64,000 nt of DNA from an uncultured Gemmatimonadales bacterium (lineage in GTDB: Bacteria > Gemmatimonadota > Gemmatimonadetes > Gemmatimonadales > GWC2-71-9). This document shows, piece by piece, positions 29,726 through 39,400 of the stretch. A program made the position numbers and the translations under genes. The DNA is taken from the NCBI GenBank assembly GCA_963779755.1, contig CAVZZO010000003.1, forward strand, positions 1,504,001-1,568,000, in the 5' to 3' direction. A model generated the notes under the pieces. It worked only from the letters and a program-made list of their open reading frames with translations. It did not search any database and was not told the origin of the DNA. Each line of letters opens with the position of its first letter. Position 1 is the first letter of the stretch.

Positions 29726-30579
29726 CACGGCTCCCGGCGCACGATGGCCAGCCGATCGGCCAGGGGCACGGCCACGAGCGTGGCGGAAGCGGTGATAGGG
29801 GTCCCCCGAATGCCACCCGTCGCATGGACGGTGAGTTGCGCCGGCCGAAACCGCACCAGCGACAGCAACTCCTGATAGTGTGCGGCGAGAACCGCACGGC
29901 TGGTGGGCGAGACCCGCGCCGCCAGCTCGTCCAGACTGGCGACTGGCTGCCCGGCGGCCCGTTGCCGCAGCACCCGCTCGGCGATTTCGCCCGGGAATCC
30001 CGGCAGGACGGCGAGCACCGCGGGCGGAGCGGTCAAGAGGTCTACCAGGCCGTCGCCCTCCACCCCGAGCACCGCGGCGGCCTGCCCTGCGCGCTCCCCG
30101 TCGAAGCCTCGGATCCGCCGCAATTCGGCCACCGACGCCAGCGGCCCGTTCCGGGGCCTCACCCGGTGTTCGCGTCGGTACCAGTCCGCTTCGGCGCCCA
30201 GGGGCCGGGGCACGTCGTCCGGATCCCGCCAGTCGAGGAGGGCCTCCACCAGCGAGTCGTTGCCCAGCACCAGGCGCAGCGTCGCGGCGTCGGCCCGATT
30301 GAGATTGAGGCGGCTGCCGGGATCGGTGGCGGTCACGGTACACCACGCCGCGCGGCCCAGGTCTACCGTGTCGAGCCGCGGCAATGGGCCCAGCGCGTGG
30401 AACCGGGCCTGGAGAATGTCGAGACAGGCCTCCCGGGCCCATGCCGCCCGTTCCAGCCGGATCCGGTTGGCGCTGGCGCCCAGGCCCATGCGGAGAGAGA
30501 CCAGCGCCGTGGCGACGAGTCCGCCCACCGCGGCGAGCAGCCACAGGACCGCCACCAGGGCAAAGCCACGCCGCGTCAT
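29722..30579 (-). CDS. gspK: Minor pseudopilin K
   Basis: RRG|FALVAVLW, RLNLN, ALLDWRDPDD, GAE..Y, PRNGPLASVAELRRIRG. Confidence 0.9.
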   Translation of the reverse strand: MTRRGFALVAVLWLLAAVGGLVATALVSLRMGLGASANRIRLERAAWAREACLDILQARFHALGPLPRLDTVDLGRAAWCTVTATDPGSRLNLNRADAATLRLVLGNDSLVEALLDWRDPDDVPRPLGAEADWYRREHRVRPRNGPLASVAELRRIRGFDGERAGQAAAVLGVEGDGLVDLLTAPPAVLAVLPGFPGEIAERVLRQRAAGQPVASLDELAARVSPTSRAVLAAHYQELLSLVRFRPAQLTVHATGGIRGTPITASATLVAVPLADRLAIVRREPW

Positions 30580-31256
30580 CCCCGCCCCTTAATAAGGAAT
30601 AGGAGGGTGTCCACCCCAGGTGTACGCGCCAGCCGGAGCCGGACCGCCAGCGGTGCGCTCACCGGCGAGAGCCAGGTCTGCACCCAGTGGCTCTCGGCGC
30701 CCGGCTCCAGCAGGTAATCGAAGGCCAGCCCCGTCGCGCTGTCGCTCAGGATCCAGCGCCGCTCGTCCGTCCTGGCCTCCAGGTGACCGCGCACCAGGCC
30801 TAGCGCGACGTGCCGCCGCTCGGCCCAGCCGCCGGGCACCCGCACCCAACTGGTGAAGCGCATCGCGTCCGGCCGCCCCTCGAAGCCGCCCGCCTCGCCC
30901 CCCACTTCCAGCGCCAGCATCGTCTCCGCGAGCCAGCGGCGGGCGTTCTCCCGGCGATCCTGCGCGGCGGTCGCCGCGGTGACGCGCTCCACGCCATCGC
31001 TCACCGCGCCGAAGGTCTGATGCACCAGCAGCACGACGAACCCGGCGACCACCAGGGCGACGAGGAGCTCGAGGAGGGTGAAGCCGGCGATAGAACCGCG
31101 TCTCGGGGAGGGCCTTGCTCCGCGCGTCATTGCGAGGGAGCGCAGCGACCGAAGCAATCCCCCTCCGTGCGCACCTGAGGAGATTGCTTCGGGCGCTGCG
31201 CGCCCTCGCAATGACATGAGGGGCGCCGCTCTGCCCACTCTGCCCACTCTGCTCAT
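30576..31256 (-). CDS. gspJ: Minor pseudopilin J-like
   Basis: AG|FTLLELLVAL prepilin motif; leader lengthened by a palindromic insert. Confidence 0.8.
   Translation of the reverse strand: MSRVGRVGRAAPLMSLRGRAAPEAISSGAHGGGLLRSLRSLAMTRGARPSPRRGSIAGFTLLELLVALVVAGFVVLLVHQTFGAVSDGVERVTAATAAQDRRENARRWLAETMLALEVGGEAGGFEGRPDAMRFTSWVRVPGGWAERRHVALGLVRGHLEARTDERRWILSDSATGLAFDYLLEPGAESHWVQTWLSPVSAPLAVRLRLARTPGVDTLLFLIKGRG
31126..31215. repeat. 90-bp GTCATTGCGAG palindromic element within the gspJ leader
   Basis: gtcattgcgagggagcgcagcgaccgaagcaatc...gattgcttcgggcgctgcgcgccctcgcaatgac. Confidence 0.88.
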
Positions 31257-31615
31257 GGCGCCCTCGCCCGATACACCACCGTCACCAGCAGCTCCACGTC
31301 GGGATGCGCGGCCTCGGCGACGGCCAGCCGGTACAGCGCCGGCTCGGGCCGCTGGATGCCGGCCACGAACTCGCCGATCCGCCGCCGGCCCAAGCGCTGG
31401 TCAAGATCCGTCCGCGTCAGCAGGGTGAGCGCCGTCAGCACGCGGGCGGCCTCGACCACCTCGTGCTCGCGCGCCAGGGCCCGGCGTTCCTGGTCCAGCC
31501 CGTGCTGCACTACCCCGATCGCCGAGAGGCCGGCGATGCTCAGAATCGCCAGGGCGAGGAGCGCCTCGAGCAGCACCAGCCCGCGGACGGCCGAGCGCTG
31601 GTTATCGTTCGGCAT
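31253..31615 (-). CDS. gspI: Minor pseudopilin I-like
   Basis: RG|LVLLEALLALAIL; ATG at 31615. Confidence 0.72.
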   Translation of the reverse strand: MPNDNQRSAVRGLVLLEALLALAILSIAGLSAIGVVQHGLDQERRALAREHEVVEAARVLTALTLLTRTDLDQRLGRRRIGEFVAGIQRPEPALYRLAVAEAAHPDVELLVTVVYRARAP

Positions 31616-31889
31616 CCCGTCCTCCGGTCCACGGATCGATCCCCGATCCCAGTACCCGGCCGTCGGGCAGGAACTCCAGCAGGGACGGCCCATCCGCTCC
31701 CACACTGTCCACCGTGAGTTCCACCACCTGTCCGGTGCGGATCGCCGTGAGCCGGGCCCGCTCGATCGAGCGGCCGGCGAGGTCCGCCTGGCGCCTCGGC
31801 GGAACGGCGAGCGCCGTGACACCCGCCAGCAATCCCATGATGGCGAGCACCACCAGGAGTTCCACCAGCGACAGCCCGCGCCGGGTCAT
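31602..31889 (-). CDS. gspH: Minor pseudopilin H-like (short)
   Basis: MTRRG|LSLVELLVVLAIMG, ARLTAIRTG, LEFLPDG. Confidence 0.78.
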   Translation of the reverse strand: MTRRGLSLVELLVVLAIMGLLAGVTALAVPPRRQADLAGRSIERARLTAIRTGQVVELTVDSVGADGPSLLEFLPDGRVLGSGIDPWTGGRDAER

Positions 31890-33067
31890 CCCGCCACCCG
31901 CAGGCTGTAGACCGCCTGGAGCAGCGCCGCCGCCACCAGGGTGACCAGGCCCCCGAAGAGGATGATGAGCGCCGGCTCCAGCGCCGTGGTGAGGGCACGC
32001 AGCGAGCGCTCCGCCTCGCGCGCCGCCAGGTCGCCCGCGCGACGCGTCATCACGCCGAGCTGCCCGCTCGCCTCCCCCACGGCGAGCACCTGCAGAGCCT
32101 GTGGAGAAAGGGCTTTCGCGGCGTCAAGCGACGCCGTCACCCGTTCTCCTTCCCCCACCCGCGTACGAGCGGCGGACAAGCGCTGCGCGATGGCGGGATT
32201 GGCCGCCGCCTCCCGCGCCGCATCGAGGGCGGCCAGGATCGGCAGGCCGGACTGGAGCATTCCGCCCAGGGCCCGGCATACCCGGGCGCTGGCCAGCGCC
32301 AGGCGCAGCGGGCCGATGAACGGCGTGCGCAGCAGCAATTCCTCGCTGCGCTGGCGCACGGCTGGCCGCCGCAGCGCCGCCCTGGCACCCAGAAGCAGGC
32401 CGACCACGACGCCGCCAACGACGCCCCAATGCGTCGCCAGCAGGTGGGAGACGCCGAGGAGGGCACGGGTCGTCGGCGGAAGCTGCTGCCCCAGGTCCGC
32501 CAGGAGGCCGGCGAAGCGGGGAATCACCACCGTCGTGATAATGACCACCGCGGCGGTGCCGGTGACAGCCAGAAGGAGCGGGTAGGCCAGCGCCTGGCGC
32601 ACGCGCCCGATGAGATCGGCCTCCATCTCCAGATGGCCCGCCACCTCCTCCAGGGCCTGGCCAAGGTGGCCGCCCCGCTCGCCGGCGCGGATCATCCCCG
32701 TCACCACGCCGGGAAGGGAGCCGGTCGCCTCCAGCGCCGAGGCCAGGCTCCGGCCCTGCCGGACATGCTCGAACGCCTCGGCCAGCGGCGCCTTCAGCCT
32801 GGCCGGTGCCAGGGTGATGGTGGACTGGAACGCCCGATCGAGCGGCACGCCCGCCGTGGTGAGGGACGCCAGCGCCCGAAACACCAGGGCCAGGTCGTGC
32901 CGGCGCAGTTGCCGCCGCGGCAGGATCTCGGCGGACTGGACCAACTCCAGCGGCGATAGACCCCGCCGTCCCAGCAGCGCGTCGGCCGCCAGTGGATGCT
33001 CGGCTTCCACCACGCCGCGGACGATCAGGCCATCCGGCCGGGCGGCCCGGTAGCGGTAGACGTTCAT
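31886..33067 (-). CDS. gspF: T2SS inner-membrane platform protein
   Basis: YRYRA..DG, AGVPLDRA, AGERGGHL, ALAYP, GEASGQL, LEPALII. Confidence 0.93.
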   Translation of the reverse strand: MNVYRYRAARPDGLIVRGVVEAEHPLAADALLGRRGLSPLELVQSAEILPRRQLRRHDLALVFRALASLTTAGVPLDRAFQSTITLAPARLKAPLAEAFEHVRQGRSLASALEATGSLPGVVTGMIRAGERGGHLGQALEEVAGHLEMEADLIGRVRQALAYPLLLAVTGTAAVVIITTVVIPRFAGLLADLGQQLPPTTRALLGVSHLLATHWGVVGGVVVGLLLGARAALRRPAVRQRSEELLLRTPFIGPLRLALASARVCRALGGMLQSGLPILAALDAAREAAANPAIAQRLSAARTRVGEGERVTASLDAAKALSPQALQVLAVGEASGQLGVMTRRAGDLAAREAERSLRALTTALEPALIILFGGLVTLVAAALLQAVYSLRVAG

Positions 33068-33582
33068 GGGGTCGTCGTGTCCCAACTCACGATGTCCGCA
33101 TCCTCGTTCTGTCCGCCCGGCTGGCCGTCCCGGCCGTAGCTGGCCAGGTCATAAGAGGTCGGGCTGTGCACCCCCGGGCTGGTGTAGAGGTAGGGCCGGT
33201 TCCAGGGATCCAGCGGCGCCCGCTTGCGGAGATAGGGGCCGCGCCAGTTCAGCGCCGGCGGCGAACCCTGCGGCAGCTGCCAGAGGGCATCCAAGCCCTG
33301 CGCCGTCGAGGGGTAGTAGTCGTTATCCAGCCGATAGGCATCCAGCGCCGTCCCCAGAATCTCCAACTGGGACTGCGCGGTGGATCGCTTGGCGTCGCCC
33401 ACGTTCCGGAAGACCATGGGCGAGACGATGCTCGCCAGAATCGCGATGACGGCGATGACGACGAGGATCTCGATGAGGGTGAAGCCGGCAGTGGGGCGGT
33501 ACGGCGGTACGGCGGTACGGCGGTAGCAAAGGAAGGCCGACCGCCTGAGGGTCCGACCGCCCGACCACCCGACCGCCCTCAT
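33064..33582 (-). CDS. gspG: Major pseudopilin
   Basis: AG|FTLIEILVV, ALDAYRLDN..YPSTAQGL.AL, NWRGPYL...DPWNRPYLY, SYGRDGQPGG; ATGA overlap with gspE. Confidence 0.95.
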   Translation of the reverse strand: MRAVGWSGGRTLRRSAFLCYRRTAVPPYRPTAGFTLIEILVVIAVIAILASIVSPMVFRNVGDAKRSTAQSQLEILGTALDAYRLDNDYYPSTAQGLDALWQLPQGSPPALNWRGPYLRKRAPLDPWNRPYLYTSPGVHSPTSYDLASYGRDGQPGGQNEDADIVSWDTTTP

Positions 33583-35084
33583 TGTCCCACCACGCGCATC
33601 ACTTCCTCCACGGTCGTCATCCCCGCCTGCACCTTGCTCCAGCCGTCCTGTTTGAGCGTCGTCATGCCCTCCGCGGCGGCGAGGCGCCGCAGGTCCGTCG
33701 GCGACGGATGGGTGATCAGCATCTGCTGCAGCTCCTCGCTCATGGTGAGCAGTTCGTAGATTCCGGTCCGGCCCCGGTACCCGGTCTGGCGGCAGCCGTC
33801 GCAGCCCCGCCCCCGTTCCAGCCGCCCTTCCTCTATATCCGGCACCACCACCGGCCCCTCCCGCAGCAGCGCCAGCGCCCCGGGATCGGGGCGGTAGCGC
33901 TCGCGGCACTCGGCACAGGTCTTCCGCACCAGCCGCTGGGCCAGCACCCCCTCCAGGCTGGCGGCGATCATATAGGGCTCGACCCCCAGATCGGTGAGCC
34001 GGGTCAGCGCACTGACGGCGTCATTGGTATGGAGGGTGGAGAAGACAAGGTGGCCGGTCATGGCGGCCTGCACCGCGATCGCCGCGGTCTCGGCATCGCG
34101 CATCTCGCCCACCATCAGGACATCCGGGTCCTGCCGCAGAATGCTCCGGAGCGCGGCGGCAAACGTCATCCCGCTCTGAACGTGCACCGGCACCTGCGTC
34201 ACCCCGGGCAGGTGGTATTCGACCGGATCCTCGACCGTGATGATCTTCTCCTCCCCGCTGCGACGGAGCGCCAGCGCGGCATAGAGCGTCGTAGTCTTGC
34301 CGCTCCCGGTGGGCCCCGTGGAGAGCACGATCCCGTGGGAGCGGCCGGCCAGCGCCCGGAACCGCTCCAGCAGGGCCGGCGGCATCCCCAGCTCGTCCAG
34401 CCCCACCAGCCGCCCGCCCCGGTCCAGCAGCCGCAGCACCACCGATTCGCCGTGCAGCGTGGGCACGGTGGAGACCCGGAGATCGAGCTCTCGCGCTTCC
34501 AGCCGCACCCGGATCCGGCCATCCTGCGGCAGGCGCCGCTGCGCGATGTCCAGCTCGGCCAGCAGCTTGATCCGGGAGACCACCGCCGCCTGGAGCGCCG
34601 GGGGCGGGCTCGGCAGCTCCGTCAGGACCCCGTCAATCCGGAGCCGGACGCGGAGCCCGTCTGCCGTGGCCTCCAGGTGGATATCGCTGGCGGCGGCGCT
34701 ATGGGCCTCCCGGATGAGCAGGTTGACGAACCGGATGACGGGGGGCTGGTTGGCCAGGTCGCGGGCATCGGCCAGCGGTTCGCCGGACGCGTCTCCCTCC
34801 GAGGAGCCGGCCGAGCCCAGATCCCGGACCAGTTCCACCATGGATTCCGCCTGGGCGGCGGTGCGCCGGATCGCATCCAGCAGCTCGTCTTCGGCCACGG
34901 GTTGGAGCCGCAGCGGCACGCCATAGTGATGCCGCAGATCCTCCAGCACTTCCGGGTTCTCCTCGCCCGCCACGGCGACCACCAGCTCGCCCTGCTCCAG
35001 CGCGAGCGGGAGCAGACGGAAGAAGGCGAGATACTCAGGACTGAGGCCGGCGGGGATGCCGAGGGTGCTGTGGAGCAGAGGCAT
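33579..35084 (-). CDS. gspE: T2SS ATPase
   Basis: ASDIHLE, RLPQDGR, GPTGSGKTTTLY, TVEDPVE, LRQDPDVLMVGEMRD, two CxxC, GYRGRTG. Confidence 0.95.
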   Translation of the reverse strand: MPLLHSTLGIPAGLSPEYLAFFRLLPLALEQGELVVAVAGEENPEVLEDLRHHYGVPLRLQPVAEDELLDAIRRTAAQAESMVELVRDLGSAGSSEGDASGEPLADARDLANQPPVIRFVNLLIREAHSAAASDIHLEATADGLRVRLRIDGVLTELPSPPPALQAAVVSRIKLLAELDIAQRRLPQDGRIRVRLEARELDLRVSTVPTLHGESVVLRLLDRGGRLVGLDELGMPPALLERFRALAGRSHGIVLSTGPTGSGKTTTLYAALALRRSGEEKIITVEDPVEYHLPGVTQVPVHVQSGMTFAAALRSILRQDPDVLMVGEMRDAETAAIAVQAAMTGHLVFSTLHTNDAVSALTRLTDLGVEPYMIAASLEGVLAQRLVRKTCAECRERYRPDPGALALLREGPVVVPDIEEGRLERGRGCDGCRQTGYRGRTGIYELLTMSEELQQMLITHPSPTDLRRLAAAEGMTTLKQDGWSKVQAGMTTVEEVMRVVGQ

Positions 35085-35116
35085 GGGGATCCAGGGATCA
35101 AGATGATCGTTCCTCA

Positions 35117-35133
35117 GGCACACTACATACCAG
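35117..35133 (-). promoter_or_regulatory. sigma54 -24/-12 promoter of the T2SS operon
   Basis: Minus strand cTGGTATGTAGTGTGCc = GG-N10-GC, about 33 bp upstream of the gspE ATG. Confidence 0.72.
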
Positions 35134-35201
35134 AGCACCTCCTATGGCTAATCCTGTTGCTGCTCATCCGGTTATCTGGGGAAACGCGGCGTCCGGACCG
35201 G

Positions 35202-35250
35202 TGTGTCACGGGCCCCCAGAACTGTGTCATTTCTGGGGTCCGGTGTATCA
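35202..35250 (-). promoter_or_regulatory. Putative enhancer array D1 (three TGAYACA boxes, 21-bp period)
   Basis: tgtgtca 35202, tgtgtca 35223, tgtatca 35244; the last includes the EBP-D stop. Confidence 0.72.
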
Positions 35251-36171
35251 GGCTGAGCGGAAGGTGCGGGAATCGGATCGCTTCCGCGCCCGGTAGAACG
35301 TGCTGCGACACATCCCCAGGGTAGCGGCGGCTTTGGTCTTGTTGCCGGCGGCCAGTTCGACCACCTGGTCCAGCAGGTCCTCGCTCAGGTCCGGTGCCGC
35401 CAGGCGGGCAAGATCGCCCACACTCTGTAGAAACCTCGGGGGCAGGTGGGCGGGCCCGGCGAGGCCGCCGGGCTTCCCATGCACCGCGATATACTCGCAG
35501 ACGCTTTTCAATTGCCGGATGTTGCCCGGCCAGGGAGCGCTCAGGAAGATGGCCCGTACCTCGGGTGACAGCCTCGGCGGGGATTCCGGCGCGGCAAACT
35601 CGCGAAGAAACCGGGCCGCCAGGAACAGGATGTCGGGGCGCCGCTCCCGCAGGGGCGGAACCTCCAGGATGGCATAGCCAAACCGATCCAGCAGATCGGC
35701 CCGGAATTCCCCCGCCGCGGCGAGCGCGAAGAGATCCGCATTGGTGGCGCAGATCACGCGCGTATCCACCTTGATCGGGCGGATGTCGTGCAATCGGAAC
35801 ACCACCCCGTCTTCGATGACATGGAGGAGCGTCTCCTGGACCTCGGCGGAGGCGGAGCCCAGTTCGTCCAGGAAGAACGAGCCGCCATGGGCCGACTCGA
35901 TGAGCCCCTTGCGATCCGTCACCGCGCCGGTAAAGGAGCCGCGGGTGTGGCCGCCGAGGATGGAGGCGCCGAGACTGCCCGGGATCGCCGCCGCCGAGGT
36001 GTAATGGAAGCCGTGGCGGCCGGAAACCTGGTGCAGCAGACGCGCGAGCACCCCCTTGCCCGTGCCGCGCTCGCCCAGCAGGAGGAGGGGACGGCGCGTC
36101 GGCCCCCAGGCGCGTACTTCCTTCATGACCGAGTCCGGAAACTCCAGACCGTGCGGGACGTGTGGATCCAT
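35248..36171 (-). CDS. EBP-D: sigma54 enhancer-binding protein without a sensor domain
   Basis: GERGTGKG, GSFTGA, FFLDE, WPGNIRQL, HTH GNKTKAAATLGMCRSTFYR; start placed at ATG 36171. Confidence 0.9.
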   Translation of the reverse strand: MDPHVPHGLEFPDSVMKEVRAWGPTRRPLLLLGERGTGKGVLARLLHQVSGRHGFHYTSAAAIPGSLGASILGGHTRGSFTGAVTDRKGLIESAHGGSFFLDELGSASAEVQETLLHVIEDGVVFRLHDIRPIKVDTRVICATNADLFALAAAGEFRADLLDRFGYAILEVPPLRERRPDILFLAARFLREFAAPESPPRLSPEVRAIFLSAPWPGNIRQLKSVCEYIAVHGKPGGLAGPAHLPPRFLQSVGDLARLAAPDLSEDLLDQVVELAAGNKTKAAATLGMCRSTFYRARKRSDSRTFRSA

Positions 36172-36287
36172 GGAATCGGACGCGGTGTCCGGGGGCTGAG
36201 GTATGGCAGATAGGCTACCCCGAAATCTGAACTCCGCTAGAGGGAACTTCACCACGCCGTAAAGCGGGAACGGATTGCCCGGGGGTG

Positions 36288-36336
36288 TGACACACTTTCC
36301 GCCCGCGGTGACACACTTTTCTCCCCGCCTGAGACA
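36288..36336 (+). promoter_or_regulatory. Putative enhancer array D2 (three TGASACA boxes, 21-bp period)
   Basis: tgacaca 36288, tgacaca 36309, tgagaca 36330. Confidence 0.72.
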
Positions 36337-36404
36337 GTCGAAAACCTGCCCATCTTCTCCACCCAACTCTTGGAGCGGCGGGCAGTTGGCACGCGAGGAC
36401 GGAA

Positions 36405-36421
36405 CCGGCACGGTGCCTGCC
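36405..36421 (+). promoter_or_regulatory. sigma54 -24/-12 promoter of RHS-D
   Basis: ccGGCACGGTGCCTGCc = GG-N10-GC. Confidence 0.78.
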
Positions 36422-36455
36422 AAGGGCAGGATCAACCTCTGCCGGAGAACTCGCC

Positions 36456-39400
36456 GTGCATGCGCGCCGTTTGGCCGTTCTGGTTCCTGCGCTATTCCTT
36501 GCTGCTCTAGTCTTAGGCTTCCCCGATGCTCAGCCCCTCCCTGCGCAGAGCCAGCCGCTCTGCGTCAGCGGCTGTAACAACTTCAACGTCTATGTCACTC
36601 CGGATGGATCCACATCGCCTTCTCGGCCGGCGAACAGCAATGGTTATAGTGCCTTATTCCAGGTACAGAACAATGGGGCTCTCCAGGACTCGTACGACAT
36701 CACCTGCCTGGGGAGTAGCGGGGTTACCTGTACCGGTGTGAGTTCCAGCAATCTCACCATCGCATCCGGGGCCAAGAAGTTTGTCACGGCCTACTACAAC
36801 GTGGGCTCGCAGGGGACCGGCAAACTCCGTCTTACCGCCGCAGGAGAGGCCTCGGATACTGGCTGGTACAATGTTCCCATCACCGCTCCACAAGGGTTCC
36901 CCGGAGTCGCCCTGATCAACTTCAACCGCGACAACCATGATCGCTCGCTGTGTTTGACGGCAGGCGCGGGAGAGGCGGCCGCGTATCAATGCGGGTATCT
37001 CACCGTATATCACTCGATGCCGGGCTACACGACGAAAGGACGGGAGCGCTCACTGAGCCTGGTCCACACCTCGGAACAGGCGTATCCCAGCCCGATCGTG
37101 GTTGCCGGCGTGACTGAACCGGTCACGATTGCCAAGCCCGACAACATTTTCTTCCAGCTGTCCGTCAGTGGAGTGGTGCGGGATACCGGGCACATGGGGA
37201 ACTGGGGCGGCGGCCCAACGGACGTGACCCGCCAGGTGATCATCACCTACAACGCGAGTAGCGACTCCACCGGGCTGTATCCCATCTCGCTTCTGATCCG
37301 GAATGAGTACGGTGCGGCGACATATGACGTTGTCCTCGCCGATACACTCATGGGGGTGAACCGGACAGGGAGCGAGTTCGGGGCCGGGTGGGGGCTGGAT
37401 GGGATCGAGCATCTCTACTTCAACCAGCCGGTGGGGACCGCGAAGGGGGACATCCTGCTGGTGGATGGCGACGGCTCCGGCCGCTGGTACCACAAGCTCA
37501 CGGCCACGACCTGGGCGGGGCCCAGGGGCACCTATCAGGACACCCTCACCTACAGCAGCACAACCCAGCGCTACACCCGGACCCTGCGGCACGGGATCCA
37601 GGTGGTCTTCGACGCCAGCGGCCGGCATGTGAAGACGGTGAACCGGGTCGGCGATTCCACCGTCTTCGTCTGGAGCGGCAGCCCGGTGCGCCTCACCAGC
37701 ATCAAGGTGCCCCCGGTGGGGCAGACCGGCACGGTGTACACCCTGGCCTGGGACGGCAATCACCAGCTGGACAAGATCACCGATCCGGCGGGGCGGGTGC
37801 TGGATGCAACGGTGACGAGCAACACGCTCGTGAGCTTGAAGGATCCCGATTCGTTGACCACAACCTTCAACTACAACACCAATCAACTCATTTCGGCCCG
37901 CACCGATACGCGAGGTAACAGCAGCTATTACACTTACACGCTGAATCTGTTGTCAACGGCCCGGCTTCCCCTTGACACTGTGGGAACGAGCTACGCCACG
38001 ACGACCTACACGCCGTGGAACTGGAAGTTCGTAGATCCTGACACAGCCTACACCAAGATCCTGGGCCCGCGGCCGAATCTGGCGGATGACGCGACCTTCT
38101 GGCTGGACAAGTGGGGGGCACCGGTCAAGATCAAGGATGCGCTGGGGGCCGTAACCACCATCGTGCGGGGGAACAGTGCGGTCCCGGCGCTGGCCACCAA
38201 GGTCGTTCGCTCCAACGGCCATGTGGACTCGATGACCTACGACAACCGGGGAAATCTCTCCGAGGCGCGCAGCCTTAGTAGCCAATCGGGGGCGCCTACC
38301 AGCTATACCAGCTACACCTACGGCGACCTCACCAACGCGCCCGATTCGCCCACCCGGGTGACCGATGCCCTGGGCCGGCATACCGATTACACCTATACCT
38401 CCCTCGGCCTGACCAAGTCGGTGACGTCTCCCAACGGCCATACGATGGGATTCGCCTACCAGCTCACCGGGCTCCAGAAGGGCGAACTCCTGAGCGTCAC
38501 CGATTCGCAGGTGACCGTCTGGCATGAGAGCGCGGCGAAGGACACCGTGCTGAATCTGACGCAGCGCTTCACGTATACCTCCCCGCTGGGGAACATCCAG
38601 ACCACCACGGCGCCGAGCGGCGTCGTGACCAGTTATGTCCTGGACGCCTACGGCGGGATCAAGGAGTTCTTCGACCCCTACGGGACGCATACGCGCTACG
38701 TGGCGGACGTGATGGGGCGGGTGACGATTGACAGCCAGTTCAACGGGTGGTGGGACCAGGGGCGGCACCCGACGACCTGGACGCCGCTGGCCGGGTGTGA
38801 TTCGACGTATTTCAACTGCAACCCGGCGCTCGTCAACTACGTCCCCAACTACAACTATCTGCTCACCCACTACCACTGGTCGGCGGCCGGGGTGGATACG
38901 GTCACCGATCCCGGCGGCGTCGTCCGGTCGTACGCCTATGGGCCCAGGGGCGAGGTGGTCTCCGAGAGTGACGAGTTCGGCCATCATCGCACGGCGGTCT
39001 ACGACGAGGCCGGGCTTCTGACGAGCAGTACCTCACGCTCCAACTTCCAGGTGCGCTTCCACTACGACCTTGCCGGCCGGCGTACCTCGATGGTGTACCC
39101 AACCCGTATCTGGGGTGTCGTGTACCCAGGTGACACCGCCCATGTGGCTGGCGACAGTCTGTATTACCAGTATGACAGCCTGGGACACCTGACGCTGGCC
39201 CATGACCGGTGGAACGAAATCCGCCGGACCTACTATGCCAATGGGGCGCTGAAGGCCAAGCGGACCACGAGCCCGGCGGATTCCCTGGTGTACACGTATG
39301 ATGCAAGCGGCGCGGTGAAAACGATGATCGCCGTCCAGGGAAGCGGCTGGAAGGATTCCGTCGAGTACACCTATGACGCCGCCGGCGCCCTGGATTCCAT

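Noticed and set aside
27605..30544. Long N-terminal extensions of gspD and gspL in the ORF track
   Set aside because: They overlap upstream genes; ATGA/GTGA coupling and RBS placement give shorter starts.
25973..35084. Type IV pilus operon
   Set aside because: GspG has the T2SS pseudopilin signature, GspK is present, and no PilT or PilM is seen.
36172..36435. N-terminal sensor or CxxC-like domain on EBP-D (GEKCVTAGGKCVT)
   Set aside because: The peptide repeat is just the translation of the 21-bp enhancer boxes, and the region holds the RHS-D promoter.
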